Source: Octopus vulgaris
Lineage: Eukaryota
Assembly (NCBI GenBank): GCA_951406725.2
Contig: OX597843.1
Coordinates: 6,386,001-6,450,000 of the forward strand
Direction of reading: 5' to 3'
Length of the DNA stretch: 64,000 bases
Made by a program: the position numbers and the translations under genes. Within the stretch, counting starts at the first letter, position 1, and every line of letters starts with the position of its first letter. Below are positions 12,651 to 26,000 of this stretch, piece by piece. The notes under the pieces were generated by a model that was not told the DNA's origin, ran no database searches, and was given only the letters and a program-made list of their open reading frames with translations.

Positions 12651-14185
12651 CACACATACAGTGTGAAAGGTCGGCAGGTAGAGAGGGTGGGTGTGTGTCC
12701 AACCTGTATAACCACACCCACCTGAGGGCATGGCAAAGGGCGCAGCAACGAGTCTAGGGATTGGTTCATTGGTTGCAGTAGTAGTAGTAGTAGGAGGCTG
12801 GAGGAGGAGCATTGATATTGGAGCTGGAGGCGATATTATTATCATATCATTATGTCTGTGAATTGCAGAGAGGGAGGGAGGGAGGGAGGCGGCAGAAGAG
12901 AGAGAGAGAGAGGGGGGGAGTGGCTGTTGTAGTAAACAATGCACAAACTGGGAGGAGGAGGAGCAAGAATTCAAAATATATATAAAACGCCTCCGCATGA
13001 CGAAAAGTGAAGTGGGAGGAATTAAGTGTGTTCTTTGGAGGAGGAGGAGGTGGCGACTGTGTTGGAGGAGGAGGAATGAACGAACGAAAAAAAATAATTT
13101 AACAAGATCAGAGCTGATACAGCCAACAGAGTTAATTAAGTTTTGTGTTTTTATATCGGAGTTAACGAAGCTGTGATGCAGCAACATTTTAAAGACTGTT
13201 GGATGGGAGGGGGTGGGGACTTGGGGGAGGAGGGAGATGGAAAAGGAGGAGGAGCCAATGTGGCATAGGATTGGGAGGGGCAGAGAGACGGGGGGCGGGA
13301 TGAGAAATGAAAGGGAAGAAATGGGCGGGGACAAGGAATGATGAGGAGAATGACAACTGGGGGGTGGGGCAGGGTAGGAAGAGGGAGATAAAAGGAGGAG
13401 CTAAAATGGCAACAAGGGTGGGAAGGGCATGGAGGAGGTGTTGGACGAGAACTCTAAGGGAAGAAAGAGGTGTTAAGGAAGAGAGGGCCCTGCGTGTGGG
13501 GGAGGGTGGAAAAGGAATTGGGATAAGAAGGAGGGAAGGAGGGAGAGACAGGACAGAGAGGGTGTGAGAATCAAAGGGGAGAAAGGAAGCCATTTAAAGA
13601 AGGGGGCGTGGCATGGGATGTCAGGAATGAAGAGAAAGCATTATGATAGGGGGAGAGGAAGGAGTAGAAGAATAAAAAAAATTTAAAAAGTGGGAGGGGA
13701 AAACGTGATGGAGGGGGTGGTGACGATTAAAGGAAAGAAGTGGGGGGGAAGACATAGGAGCGAACTGGTGAAGGGGCGGAGTTGATAAGGAGAGGAGGAT
13801 GAGGAGAAGCTAAAGAAGCAACAGAACACGGGGCAGGGATCAAACAGGAAAAAGGGGGCAGAACAGGGGAGAGGGGAAGATATATATATATCTTCCCCCC
13901 CCCCCCCCTACATAAAGTCTGGGAGGGAAGTGTCATCTCGTTCTCGGCTATTTTACTGGGATTTCGAAACCCTTGATGGGCGGGGTGGGGAGACATTCGG
14001 CAATATGCAAAGGACAGAGAGAGAGAGGGGGGGAGGAGGGGGAGATGGAGGATAGGAGGTGCAGGAGTGGAACAAGGCAGGGGTGGGGTTGTGTGTGTGG
14101 GGGGGAGGAAACAGGGACGGAATGGAGGATGGGGTGTGGGTGGGGGGTCAGGGAGGAATGAAGGGAAATAATTTTTTTTGACGGC

Positions 14186-14232
14186 TCAAAACGTTTCGTC
14201 CACATCACAGTCGGAGGTCTGGTGTCCAAAAA
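14186..14232 (-). CDS. CLIP1: CLIP1 canonical last coding exon: (V)[14 protein letters not shown]
   Basis: tttgctttgcAG acceptor, phase 1; completes CCHC knuckle 2 and the EEY/F-type DETF terminus. Confidence 0.95.
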
Positions 14233-14300
14233 CTGCAAAGCAAACAAACAAAAGCGGTTAGATGTGTGTAGCAAAGACAAGATGAAGCAGAGGCAAGTGC

Positions 14301-14336
<36 letters not shown>

Positions 14337-14839
14337 GTAATAGTAATAATAATAATAAAGATGACAGTCTAGTCTAGTGAGGTGGTCTGCCCTCTGGCAT
14401 GTCCTGTAAACCTTCTTTAAAACTTTCCATGCTACCTGGAGGGGTTCGGACCCTCTCCTGTTGCTGTTAAGTAGATTGGGACTTTGGCTACCAGGACTGA
14501 CAAGATGAAACAGATACAAATGCTAAGTAATAATAATAATAATAATAATAATAGGAGGAGACCCCCTTCAGTCATGAATGACCTTAGGATTGCACCTAGA
14601 AAGTTACCCTCCGAGGCACCCTCTCTTTGCCACCAATGTTATCCAAGGGAAAGCGAAAGGGGCCGATACAGCTTGGCACCAGTGATGTTGCAATTCATTT
14701 CTACAGCTGAATGAATTGGAGCAACGTGAAATAAAGTATCTTGCTCAAGGACACAACACACAGCCCTGTACAGGAATTGAACTCATTACCTCATGATTGT
14801 GAGATAATGCTCTAACCACTGAGCCATGTGCCTTCAATA

Positions 14840-14870
<31 letters not shown>

Positions 14871-17800
14871 GTGGTTCTTTCAACATCCTTAAACAACCCT
14901 TATTCAGGGACCTTTTGAGCGGGATGGGTTACTCGACCAGAAGAAAATTCTAACTGAGCCCCCATCTCTGCAAGGTCATGCGCAGTTTATCCTGACATGA
15001 GATCACCATGTCGCACACATATGGTTGTGATGCATGTGTCTGGTGTACCCTTATGAGACGGGTAGTCATGATGGGTATACTGGGCTTCGTATATTTTACC
15101 CCAGTGTCACTTTGATGGCAGGCACTGCTCTCTCACTCAATAATAATAATCCCTTCTATTATAGGCACAAGGCCTGATATTTCAGGGTTGGAGATAAGTT
15201 AATTACATCGACCCCCCAGTACTTAACTGGGACTCATTTTATCAACCCAGAAAGGACGAAAGGCAAAGTTGACCTTGGCTGATTTCGAACTCAGAACGTC
15301 AAGCTGAACGAAATGCTGCTAAGCAATTTGGCTGAGGGGCTAACCATCCTACCAGCTCACTGCCTTAAATAATAATAAATAATAATAAGGGTTTCAAATT
15401 TTGCCACAAGGCCAGCAATTTCGGGGCAAAAGGGTAAGGTGCAGGAGTAGCTTGTTTACCAACCACATGGTTGCAGGTTCAGTCCCACGGCGTGGCATCT
15501 TGGGCAAGTGTCTTCTGCTATAGCCCCGGGCCGACCAATGCCTTGTGAGTGGATTTGGTAGACGGAAACTGAAAGAAGCCCATCGTATATATGTATATAT
15601 ATATATATATGTGTGTGCATGTATGTTTGTGTGTCTGTGTTTGTCCCCCTAGCATTGCTTGACAACCAATGCTGGTGTGTTTATGTCCCCGTTACTTAGC
15701 GGTTCGGCAAAAAAGACCGATAGAATAAGTACTGGGCTTACAAAAGAATAAGTCCCGGGGTCGGGTTGCTCGATGAAAGGCGGTGCTCCAGCATGGCCGC
15801 AGTCAAATGACTGAAACAAGTAAAAGAGAGTAAAAGAGAGTTGATTACATTGACCCCCCCCCATGCTCCTATATATTAAATTCAGCCTAGGAACAGACCC
15901 CTAACCTAACCCACGGAGATCTATCCCGACCCAAATCTGCCACACCCTGACCAATACCTGGGAAGACGTAACTCAAACAGTTGCCTCGCCTCCTGGCCAA
16001 ACAGAAAGGCCCGGTGTTCTGTCACCATGCAACCCCTCCTCCCTTAGCCCTTAACTCCATGCCCCCTAAAACATCAAGCAATCATCACTATAAACATGAT
16101 TATAAAAGAGCAGAAGGTCAGGTGTGATAAAAAAAAAAAGGTTGAAGGTCAACAAGACCGAAAGGTCAAAGGTTGTTTAGAGAATGACCTTGGGCAGACA
16201 ACATTGCTGGTGGTGATAGTGGTAAAGGTTGTAGTAGTTGCCGTGGTGACGATGGCTGTAGTGGTGTAGGTGGTAGTGGCACATTTGGTGGAATTGTGGT
16301 GGTGGTGGTGGTTGTGCTGTTGGTGGTTGTAGTGAGAGTAGTGGTTGTGGTGGTGGTGGTTAAGAGATGCCCCACCCTCACTAAAATGTGGACAACACAC
16401 TCAGAAGAAAGACTAACGCATACGTACAGACACATACACACACAACACAGGTAGACACATACACATCCACATTACATAAAAGATACACATGTAAATATAT
16501 ACACACACACAAACACAAATGTACACCAACATACATGTACACAGACACACACACAATAAAGGAGACACGTACACACACATTGAGACAAGTATATATCTAC
16601 GCATGTACATATATAACCACATACACACATGTACAAAGATAGACACACAGACACACACAAAGAAACATGAACACAACCACACAGGTACATATATAACCAC
16701 ACACATACCCCCCCCCAATATCATGCGTGTACACACATACACAGGTAAACATACCCCCTCCGTTCCCCCACCCTTCAGAAGAAGAAAAAAGAAAAAAGAG
16801 TAAACTGAAGGTAAAAACAAATCAAAGGAAAACCTTCTCCTCCACCTCACCTGAACTTCGCAACAGTTGATTACAGGTGTAAAAAAAAAAACAAACAAAA
16901 AATAAATAAAAACAAAAACAAAACACGTTTTAACCCTTTAGCATTTAACCTGGCCATATCCAACCCAAATATTCTGCATGGTTTATATTAAAACTGGCCG
17001 TGTCTGACTTCTCACACCTACCCTTCAATGTCATTCTAAAAATAAAACAATCCCATCATTGAAATCTCAAAGCAATAAACAGGAATTACATTTGACAGAA
17101 TACATATATATATATACATATATATATAAACGGCAGTGCATCAGCATGGCCGCAGCTCTGAGCTGAAACTTTAATTTAAAAAAATATATTTATATATATA
17201 TATATAGGCGTAGGAGTGGCTGTGTGGTAAGTAGCTTGCTTACCAACCACATGGTCCTGGGTTCAGTCCCACTGCGTGGTATCATGGGCAAGTGTCTTCT
17301 ACAAGAGCCTCGGGCCGACCAAAGCCTTGTGAGTAGATTTGGTAGACGGAAACTGAAAGAAGCCTGTCGTATATATGTGTGTATATATATATATGTGTGT
17401 GTGTGTATATGTTTGTGTGTCTGGGTTTGTCCCCCTAGCATTGCTTGACAACCGATGCTGGTGTGTTTACATCCCCGTCACTTAGCGGTTCGGCAAAAGA
17501 GACCGATAGAATAAGTACTGGGCTTACAAAAGAATAAGTCCCGGGGTCGATCTGCTCGACTAAAGGCGGTGCTCCAGCATGGCCGCAGTCAAATGACTGA
17601 AACAAGTAAAAGAGAGATATATAACACTGTGGAATTCCTGATGTAGATCCAGTGAAAATTATACCGTTACCATGGATAACATCAGGTAGCCGTAAACAGC
17701 GAATGGGCTTTAATCAACATAGTAATAGACATATAGCCAAAGTCCAGATAATTACTTACACACATCTTCATCGTCATCATTTAATGTCTGTTGTCCATGC

Positions 17801-20054
17801 TGGCATGGGTCGGACGGTTTGACCAAGGCTGGTAAGCCGAGAGGCTGCACCAGACTACAGTCTGATTTGGCAGGGTTTCTACGGCTGGAGGCCCTTCCCA
17901 TATCATCATCATCATCATTTAATGTCCGCTTTCCATGCTAGCATGGGTTGGACGGTTCAACAGGGGTCTGGGAAGCCCGAAGGCTGCACCAGGCTCCAGT
18001 CTGATCTGGTAGTGTTTCTACGGCTGGATGCCCTTCCTAACGCCAACCACTCCGTGAGTGTAGTGGGTGCTTTTTACGTGCCACCGACACAGGTGCCAGA
18101 CGAGGCTGGCGAACGGCCACGCTCAGATGGTGTTTGTTATGTGCCACCAGCACGGAGGCCAGTCAATGCGGTACTGGCTATGGCCACGTTCGGATGGTTT
18201 TCTTATGTGCCACCGGCACTGGTACCACAAAACTACAAATTCCATTGATGTTCATCGACTTTGATTTGATTTGATATATATCCCCATTAAAATTTGAACC
18301 AGCTATATCCCACCCAGATATCCTACCTATTTTATGCTCAAACTAGTCAGATCCAGCCTTTCACACCTGCCCTACAATGTCACTCAGCACTAAAGAACAG
18401 AATCACTGAAATCTCAAAGCTCTGCAATATGCAAAGGTTAACTGAAAACAACTTGAATACATAAGCATGACCCTTAACAGAATAATCCAAATGCTAAAGG
18501 GTTATACACGTTTAATTGAAGGCATTTTATGGGAAAAAAAAAGGGGGACATATAATTTATGTAGAAAGGACTTAACCTTTTGTAGGGATAGGGACTGTTT
18601 GATAACGTGTAAGAAGAGCCTAGCTTCTTGAGGCAACAAGAATGTTTTTATAATAGGGTCTTTTGGGTGATGTAGGAAGGGCCTAGCATTTTATAAAAAA
18701 AAGGGGCCATGTAATTTATATAGAAACAGTTTAACTTTCTGTATTAACAAGGCCTGAGATACATGTAAGATGGGCCTAGTATTTTATAGAAAAAGGGTCC
18801 ATATAATTTATGTATAAAGAGTTTAACTTTTGGTGGTAACAGGGACTATATGATACATGTAAGAAGGGGCTAGTTTCTTGTGGAAATGGATTTGTCGGTA
18901 ATAGGGTTCAGAGGATGATGTAGGAAGGGCCTAATATTTTATAGAAAAAAAGGGTCCGTGTAATTTATGTGGAAAGAGTCTAAACTTTCTGTAGCAACAA
19001 AAACTGTGCGATACAAGTCAGAAGGGTTTAGTGTGTGTGATAACAGGGGATGATGTGTTGCATGTAGGAAGAGCCCTAATTTCTTGTAGCATCAGGGTTT
19101 TATAAAAGGGGTCTGTGCAATGCTTGCAAGAAAGGTTTGACTTCCTGAAACAGCTGGGACATGTAACAGGGTCTAAATGATAATGTATCTAAGGGCCTAT
19201 TTTCTTCAGACAACAGGGGTGTCTGTCAGGAACTGGGAAGATGGAGGGAGAAGCACCAGCAGGAGTTGTTTGTACAAGGGCCATTTTCAATGGTCGATGA
19301 AGAAAAAAAGGGGTTACTAAACAACAACGAGGATGCATTTAGTAGTCTAGGGGGGCTACGTCATTCTAGAACGTGCTAGGAACTGGTTAACCCAACAACA
19401 ACAACAGCAACAAACAATGGTATGTTTAATAAGTTCAGTAATGATGCTAAGCACTTGGAGTGGCCGCAGGGGTTCGGGAGGTGTTGTTGGCTCTATGAAT
19501 ACCGAGAGGTGTTGAGGTTGAAACAACTGGTTCTGGATGAGGGAATGGCCAATCAAATGTTGACCCTCCAAGATTGTTAGCCCGGTTGCAGCACTTGGGA
19601 GAATTACCACGGAAAATGTTTGCTATCAGAGAGCACTGTCCCCGTTCAGGAGTTCTACTTTAATAGCATAGCAGTTAGCCCTAACAATAGCATAGCAATT
19701 AGCCCTAACAATAGCATAGCAGTTAGCCCTAACAATAGCATAGCAGTTAGCCCTAACAATAGCATAGCAATTAGCCCTAACAATAGCATAGCAATTAGCC
19801 TTAACAATAGCATAGCAGTTAGCCCTAACAATAGTATAGCAGTTAGCCCTAACAATAGCATAGCAATTAGCCCTAACAATAGCATAGCAATTAGCCCTAA
19901 CAATAGCATAGCAGTTAGCCTAACATTTAATAGGAACAAATGTTGATTCTACAAAAAAGTTAGCCCAGCTGCAGCAAACTTAACTTCCCAAGCAGTTGAT
20001 TCTATGTTATTACAGTTGCCTATCCATCTGTGCCCTGTTGGGAGAACAAGGAAG

Positions 20055-20085
<31 letters not shown>

Positions 20086-23000
20086 CTGGGATATAACTAC
20101 CGTAAATCTTCAAGTATAGTCTGCCCTTGAATATAATATGCAGGGGTTTTTTAGGGGGTTGTAATTCTGAAAAACCTAAACCTTGTGTAAAATACGCACC
20201 CCTTCTCTAACTTGAGTCAAGGAGGTCTATATAACGTCCTTGGTTTGTAAAAATATATACAGTAACGTCCTTTATTATTATTGAATATATAACATAATGC
20301 AAACGTGTATACGCAAGGGATTTTTAAGGGGCTATACCTCTGGAAAACCTAAACCTTGTGTATAATACGCACCCCTTCTCTAACTTGAGTCAAGGAGGTC
20401 TATATAACGTCCTTGGTTTGTAAAAATATATACAGTAACATCCTTTATTATTATTGTATATATAACATAATGATTTTGAAAGAAAATCTCTGTTAACCCA
20501 GAAATGAAACAAAATTTGTTAACCCTGTACCTGTGTCTAGTCATAGGTTCCAGTGTTGGGGTAACAAATTTTCTTTTGAAACTTAGAGAAAAAACATCGT
20601 CCAACATCAGGATAAATTGAGGTATGTTTTTGCAATACTGGAGTAAGAGAATATTTTTTTTCAAAACTGGGTTAACGGAGAATCAAGTTTAATCTGGGAT
20701 ACTAGAGATTTTGCTTCACTCCTGGGGTAACAAGTTTTATGAAATGAAACTTGTTATCCTACGAACAGAAATATTCCCTCACTATGATAACAAACATTTT
20801 GACTGTGCCTTTGGGGGGGGGGAAATATTTTGTAGAAACAGGGTGGGGGAACAAAACATTGTTTCAACTTTAGGGTAACAATCTGCTTAATCCAAAATTG
20901 GGGTAACTATGTTTGACCAGTGGGGTAACAAATATTGTTTTTTAACCCTGAAGAAGCAAAGATTTGATTTTAACCAGGGATAACAGATGGTGGGGTAATA
21001 CAATATGAATTTCAACCCTCAGTAAGGTAAATTTACTTGTTAGCCCAGTGGGTTAACAGGGTTGTTTCATTGGTCTTTACAATCCGGAATTTTTCATAGA
21101 AGCAACATCGGAAGGAAGAGAGAGGGACCCACAGACAGATAAGTCTGTGAGTTGGTATGCTGATTTTAGGGGACAGAGAGAGAGGGGACAGGGCATCAGA
21201 TGAGATGAGATGGAGGGTTAACGACTGAAAATATATTCACTTACCTTCCAAAAGAGGGGGAACCTTTCGGTTTGTAGGAGTGAGGGTGTGCACAGACAGA
21301 GGGGTGAGGGTGAAGCCAATTGCGCCGAGAGAAAGAGAGAGAAGGAGAACTGGCAGTAAGGTGCTGGCCACTGGTCAAACAAGGGCCGGATAATGCTTTG
21401 GTGCTGTACCAGACTGGAGATTCTCTTCCAACCAACAGGAACTGATAGCTTTCAATGCTTTCAGGGACCAAACAAAGAGCAACAGAATTGCTGCTCACTT
21501 TACATAGCTTTCAAATGTGAAAGACCTGACTGACTGATGGCACACACTGCATATATGCTCATATATAAACACTTGCATGTGCATGCATATATATACACAC
21601 ACACACACATGCATAAACACACAGTAGACATGCACACATTAGCTTCACACCTATCTCCCCTTTGCCAATCAAGCCACTAGCAACCTCCTCCTCTTCCAGT
21701 CATTTCAGCATGCGGTAACTGTCCAACTGAGATATATTTGTTTTTGTCTCTCTCCCTGTCTTTTCCTTCTGTAGAAGAGCACAAATCGATCCCAGGACTT
21801 ATTTTTTGAAAGCCTAGTACTTATTCTATCGGTCTCTTTTGCCGAACCGCTAGGTTACAGGGACGTAAACACATATACGACAAGCTTCTTTCAGCTTTTG
21901 TCTATCACATCCACTCACAAGTCTTTGGTTGGCCCAAGGCTATAGTAGAAGAATTATAATCATGAGTATAATTATAATTAGGGTTCGGCAAAATTTGCTT
22001 CACCACAAACCAAAATTTAGAAATAGCAGTTAAACTACTATTTTACTACTATAAGATATCTTAAGGTAGTAATAATTATAGAATTTTTGTATGTGTGTGT
22101 GTATATATATATATACTGTATTTTACTGTGTACAGGGAACCCTTTTTGTCAAAAATTAGGTTAAAAAAATATGGGAGTTTCTTATACATGGATAGTATTA
22201 TAATCCCTTACAAAACCTTTTCTTCAAATTTTAAGCCCCCAAAATTAGGGGGTTCCTTATACATATTAAAATACGGTATATATAGTTATGATATATTCTG
22301 TTAAGAATGTGGTAGAGTACAGTATAAAGTTCGTCCACCTTCAAATTTCAACCTGTGCTAACCAGTAGTAGTATTATACGTACTTCTAGGTTTGTGTTTG
22401 GGTATCTGTGGTGTGTGAACAGGTAATTGAAAAAATTGGAGTCAAGAAGAAGGGGTACGGTTGGACATTTAATTCAGGCCACAACACACAGAGGGGATGT
22501 TCTTCAAGCTGAGAAGATTTCAAACATACGGAGACATTATCTACACAACGCCTGAAGAAACAACTAGATCCCACAATGCAGGGAAACAGCTACATAATCA
22601 AGTACCTGCACACCTGGAGAACTACACTGTGTTGAAACGATTGTAGGGATTAAAAAAAAAATATCCAACTGTATCCCTTCTTGTTTCAATTATATGTATA
22701 TATAGCTACAATATGACTGCTTCAATAAGAAAGCACACAATATAATATTAATATTGTGTTAAGCCTGGTACACGATGATGTCTGTCTCTCTATTCTTTCC
22801 CCTGATGAAGGAGTTATTAGCGTGATGCACCCTAGTGCTTTAAACACAATAATATACCCCTGAAATGGCCATAGGGAATTTAGTAAATATGGTTTTCTTT
22901 TTTTAACTATAAGGCCTCTCTTATTTAAAAAGTAATTTTATAAGATTTTCTAAACGATGAACTTTTATTTTATTTTATTTTATTTTATATTATATATTAT

Positions 23001-26000
23001 TATATGCTTCCTATATATATATATATATTTTTATATACCTATATATTTATATATTACTTTATACTATATTTTTACGTTTTACCTTCTAGGTGTTGTAATG
23101 GTTTAAAAAAAAAAAATATTTTTCTTAATCGCTAAAGTATTAACTTTTAACCGTGATGAACTGTATTCACATCTATTCACACATTTTTTTCTCACACTTT
23201 CTTATATGCTTGTACAGATGAATTATATTCCATCTTCCGTGATGTCATAAATGTATATTCTATGATTAAATGTTCGAGATATGAAATGTTATGCGGATGA
23301 CCTTGCAGTTGTTTGTTCTATAACCTTAGTTTGATATGTCTCATTCAATTGAGCACTTCTATAGCAGTCCTATTAAACATTTTGTTCCTGATAAGAAACA
23401 ATCACTTTATTATTGATATATAGCTACACATACACATATATATGTTTGTCTCACTGTATAAAACGCATCCAGTCCACACTGCAAAGTGACTGGCAGTAGA
23501 AATGGTGTCCAGCTGTAAAAAATCTGCCTCAAATTCTACCTAAACCGATGCAAAGCAAGGAAAAACAGTCATTAAAACAAGCTGAGCAAGAAGGAAGTTG
23601 AGGCCAACGTTGGTTGTGTCAATAACATCAACAGAAATATGAAATTTTTTTTGAGTAAACCACACCACCATATCTTGTCCATCTTGACCTCAAGGAGCAG
23701 TTTTAAAGGTTCAGACCTTGTACACTGTAGCTATTATATTAAGGGATGTAGAACTTGCAATCATATCAGCTTGCCAGAGATAGCAGCTAAATCTCATTCA
23801 GATCACATCTGTTGTCTTAAAAAGAAAAGGATGGTGCTGTGTAACAATAGGATAATGTTGTCTTAGATACACTGTGCCTTAATCTAACACAGGGTCTACT
23901 TTATCAGTTGACTTTAGGCCAAACAACAAGGGGAGGAAGACATTAGATAATGTACACCAAGATAGTCTATGCCTCATTGAAATACGGGGTTGTCACTACT
24001 GGAACGTCTTTGATCATAGCTCTGCTGGTTCAGAACTGCCTCGGGCTAAACATCAAGGAAGGACACATTACATAATGTAGTCCTAGATACACTATGCCTG
24101 AATAAAAAGACGGGATGGTCACAGCTGGAACATTTTTGATCATTGGTCTGCTGCATTAGGATTGACCTTGGGCTAAACAACAATAAGGGAGAACACGTTA
24201 GATAATGTAGTCCTAGATACACTATGCCTGAATAAAAGACAGGATGGTCACAGCTGGAACATCTTTGATCATAGGTCTTTCTGGATCAGGACTGACCTGT
24301 GATTAAACAACAACAACACACACAAACAAACCAGTAGAACGTTCCAGAAGGATTCTAAATGAATTTCTTAAAAAGCAGACACGGTTTCCATAAGGACCGT
24401 CATGTAGAAGAGAGAGTAAGAGCTGAGGGAAAAGGTGCCGGCGAACCGGCGCCACAGGGTGTGGTCGGGGACGACAAGTAGGAACTTGGCCATTTTCAGT
24501 GGCCCGTCGAAGAGAAACGGCTTTGGAATCAAAGAGCTGAACAGATGGAACCAGGGTAGTGTTGTCAGAGTGGTGGAGGTGGTGGTGTTGGAAGAAAAGT
24601 GGTAGTGTTCGTGGTGGTGGTGGCGGTGGTGGTGTTGGCGTGGCGAGAACGACCTACCTTCACAGATTTCGCAGTAGGCTCTCTCCTGTTTGGGAGTGCC
24701 ATGGTACTGGGTGCACGGTGGACTGTCAGACATGGTCTGCTGCGGACAGTCCTCGGTGTCGTGTTTGTCAAATTCTTCACAGATATCACAGAAAAGTCGA
24801 AGTGTGACAAGCGGATCTTTCCTGGAAAAACAACAACAACAACAACAATTATTATCATTTCTTTCATTGGCCTCAAGGGCCTACATGCAAACAACATGAA
24901 ATGACAAAACAGGACGATACAAAGGGTTTTAAACCGTGTGGCACATAAAAGGCACCATTCGAATGTGATTGTTACCAGCGCCGCCTTACTGGCACTCGAG
25001 CCCTGTGCTAGTAGAGTGTTAAGAGCACCATCCGAGTGTAATCGTTGCCAGAGCAGCTAACTGGCCTCTGTGCCGGTGGCACGTAAAAGGCACCAGTCAA
25101 GCATGGTCGTTACCAGCATCGCCTTACTGGCACCTGTGCCGGTGGAATGTGTAAAAAGATTCGAGCAAGGTCGTTGACAGTACCGCCTGACTGGCCCCCG
25201 TGCTGGTGGCACGTAAAAAGCACCCACTACACTCTCGGAGTGGTTGGCGTTAGGAAGGGCATCCAGCTGTAGAAACTCTGCCAGATCAAGATTGGAGCCT
25301 GGTGCAGCCATCTGGTTTGCCAGCCCTCAGTCAAATCGTCCTTCAGCTGGTCAGATCCTGTCAAATCCTCCAACCCATGCCAGCATGGAAAAACAGACGT
25401 TAAATGATGATGGTATACAAATGTAAAGCCGAAGTGGTTACCTTTTGTCATTGTGGGCCTCGTCATCTTTCACGTCACCATTCACAAGGGCATCCAAACG
25501 AGACTTGAGGTTCTCGTTCTGCATGTGAAGATAGACAATCTCAGACTTCAGCAATTCAATCTGGAAAACAAGACGAGATGTTGTGATGCTCATGCCTTTA
25601 CGCCACAATAATAGCAGTTGTTATTCTTTAGACTTGGGGCATCCCTAATAGACACCCTTATGAGCATAAGAGTTTCCACGTGTGGCCATCCTGTTTTTTG
25701 AACCACATTAAGTAATGTTCTATCATTTTTTCTATATACAGAGAATTCTACACCACCATCCTAACAACTATCTGTCCCATTTTTGTTCACATACATCTAC
25801 AACACTATCCTCACAACACCCCACAACACTAAAACGCTATCCTCACAACACCCCAAACACTAAAACACTATCCTCACAACACTAAAACGCTATCCTCACA
25901 ACATCCCACCACACCACCCCACAACACTAAAACACTATCCTCACAACATCCTACCACACCACCCCACAACACTAAAAAACGCTATCCTCACAACATCCCA

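Noticed and set aside
19662-19925. Possible CRISPR-like array
   Set aside because: Head-to-tail 24-bp units with no spacers, in a eukaryotic intron with no cas genes
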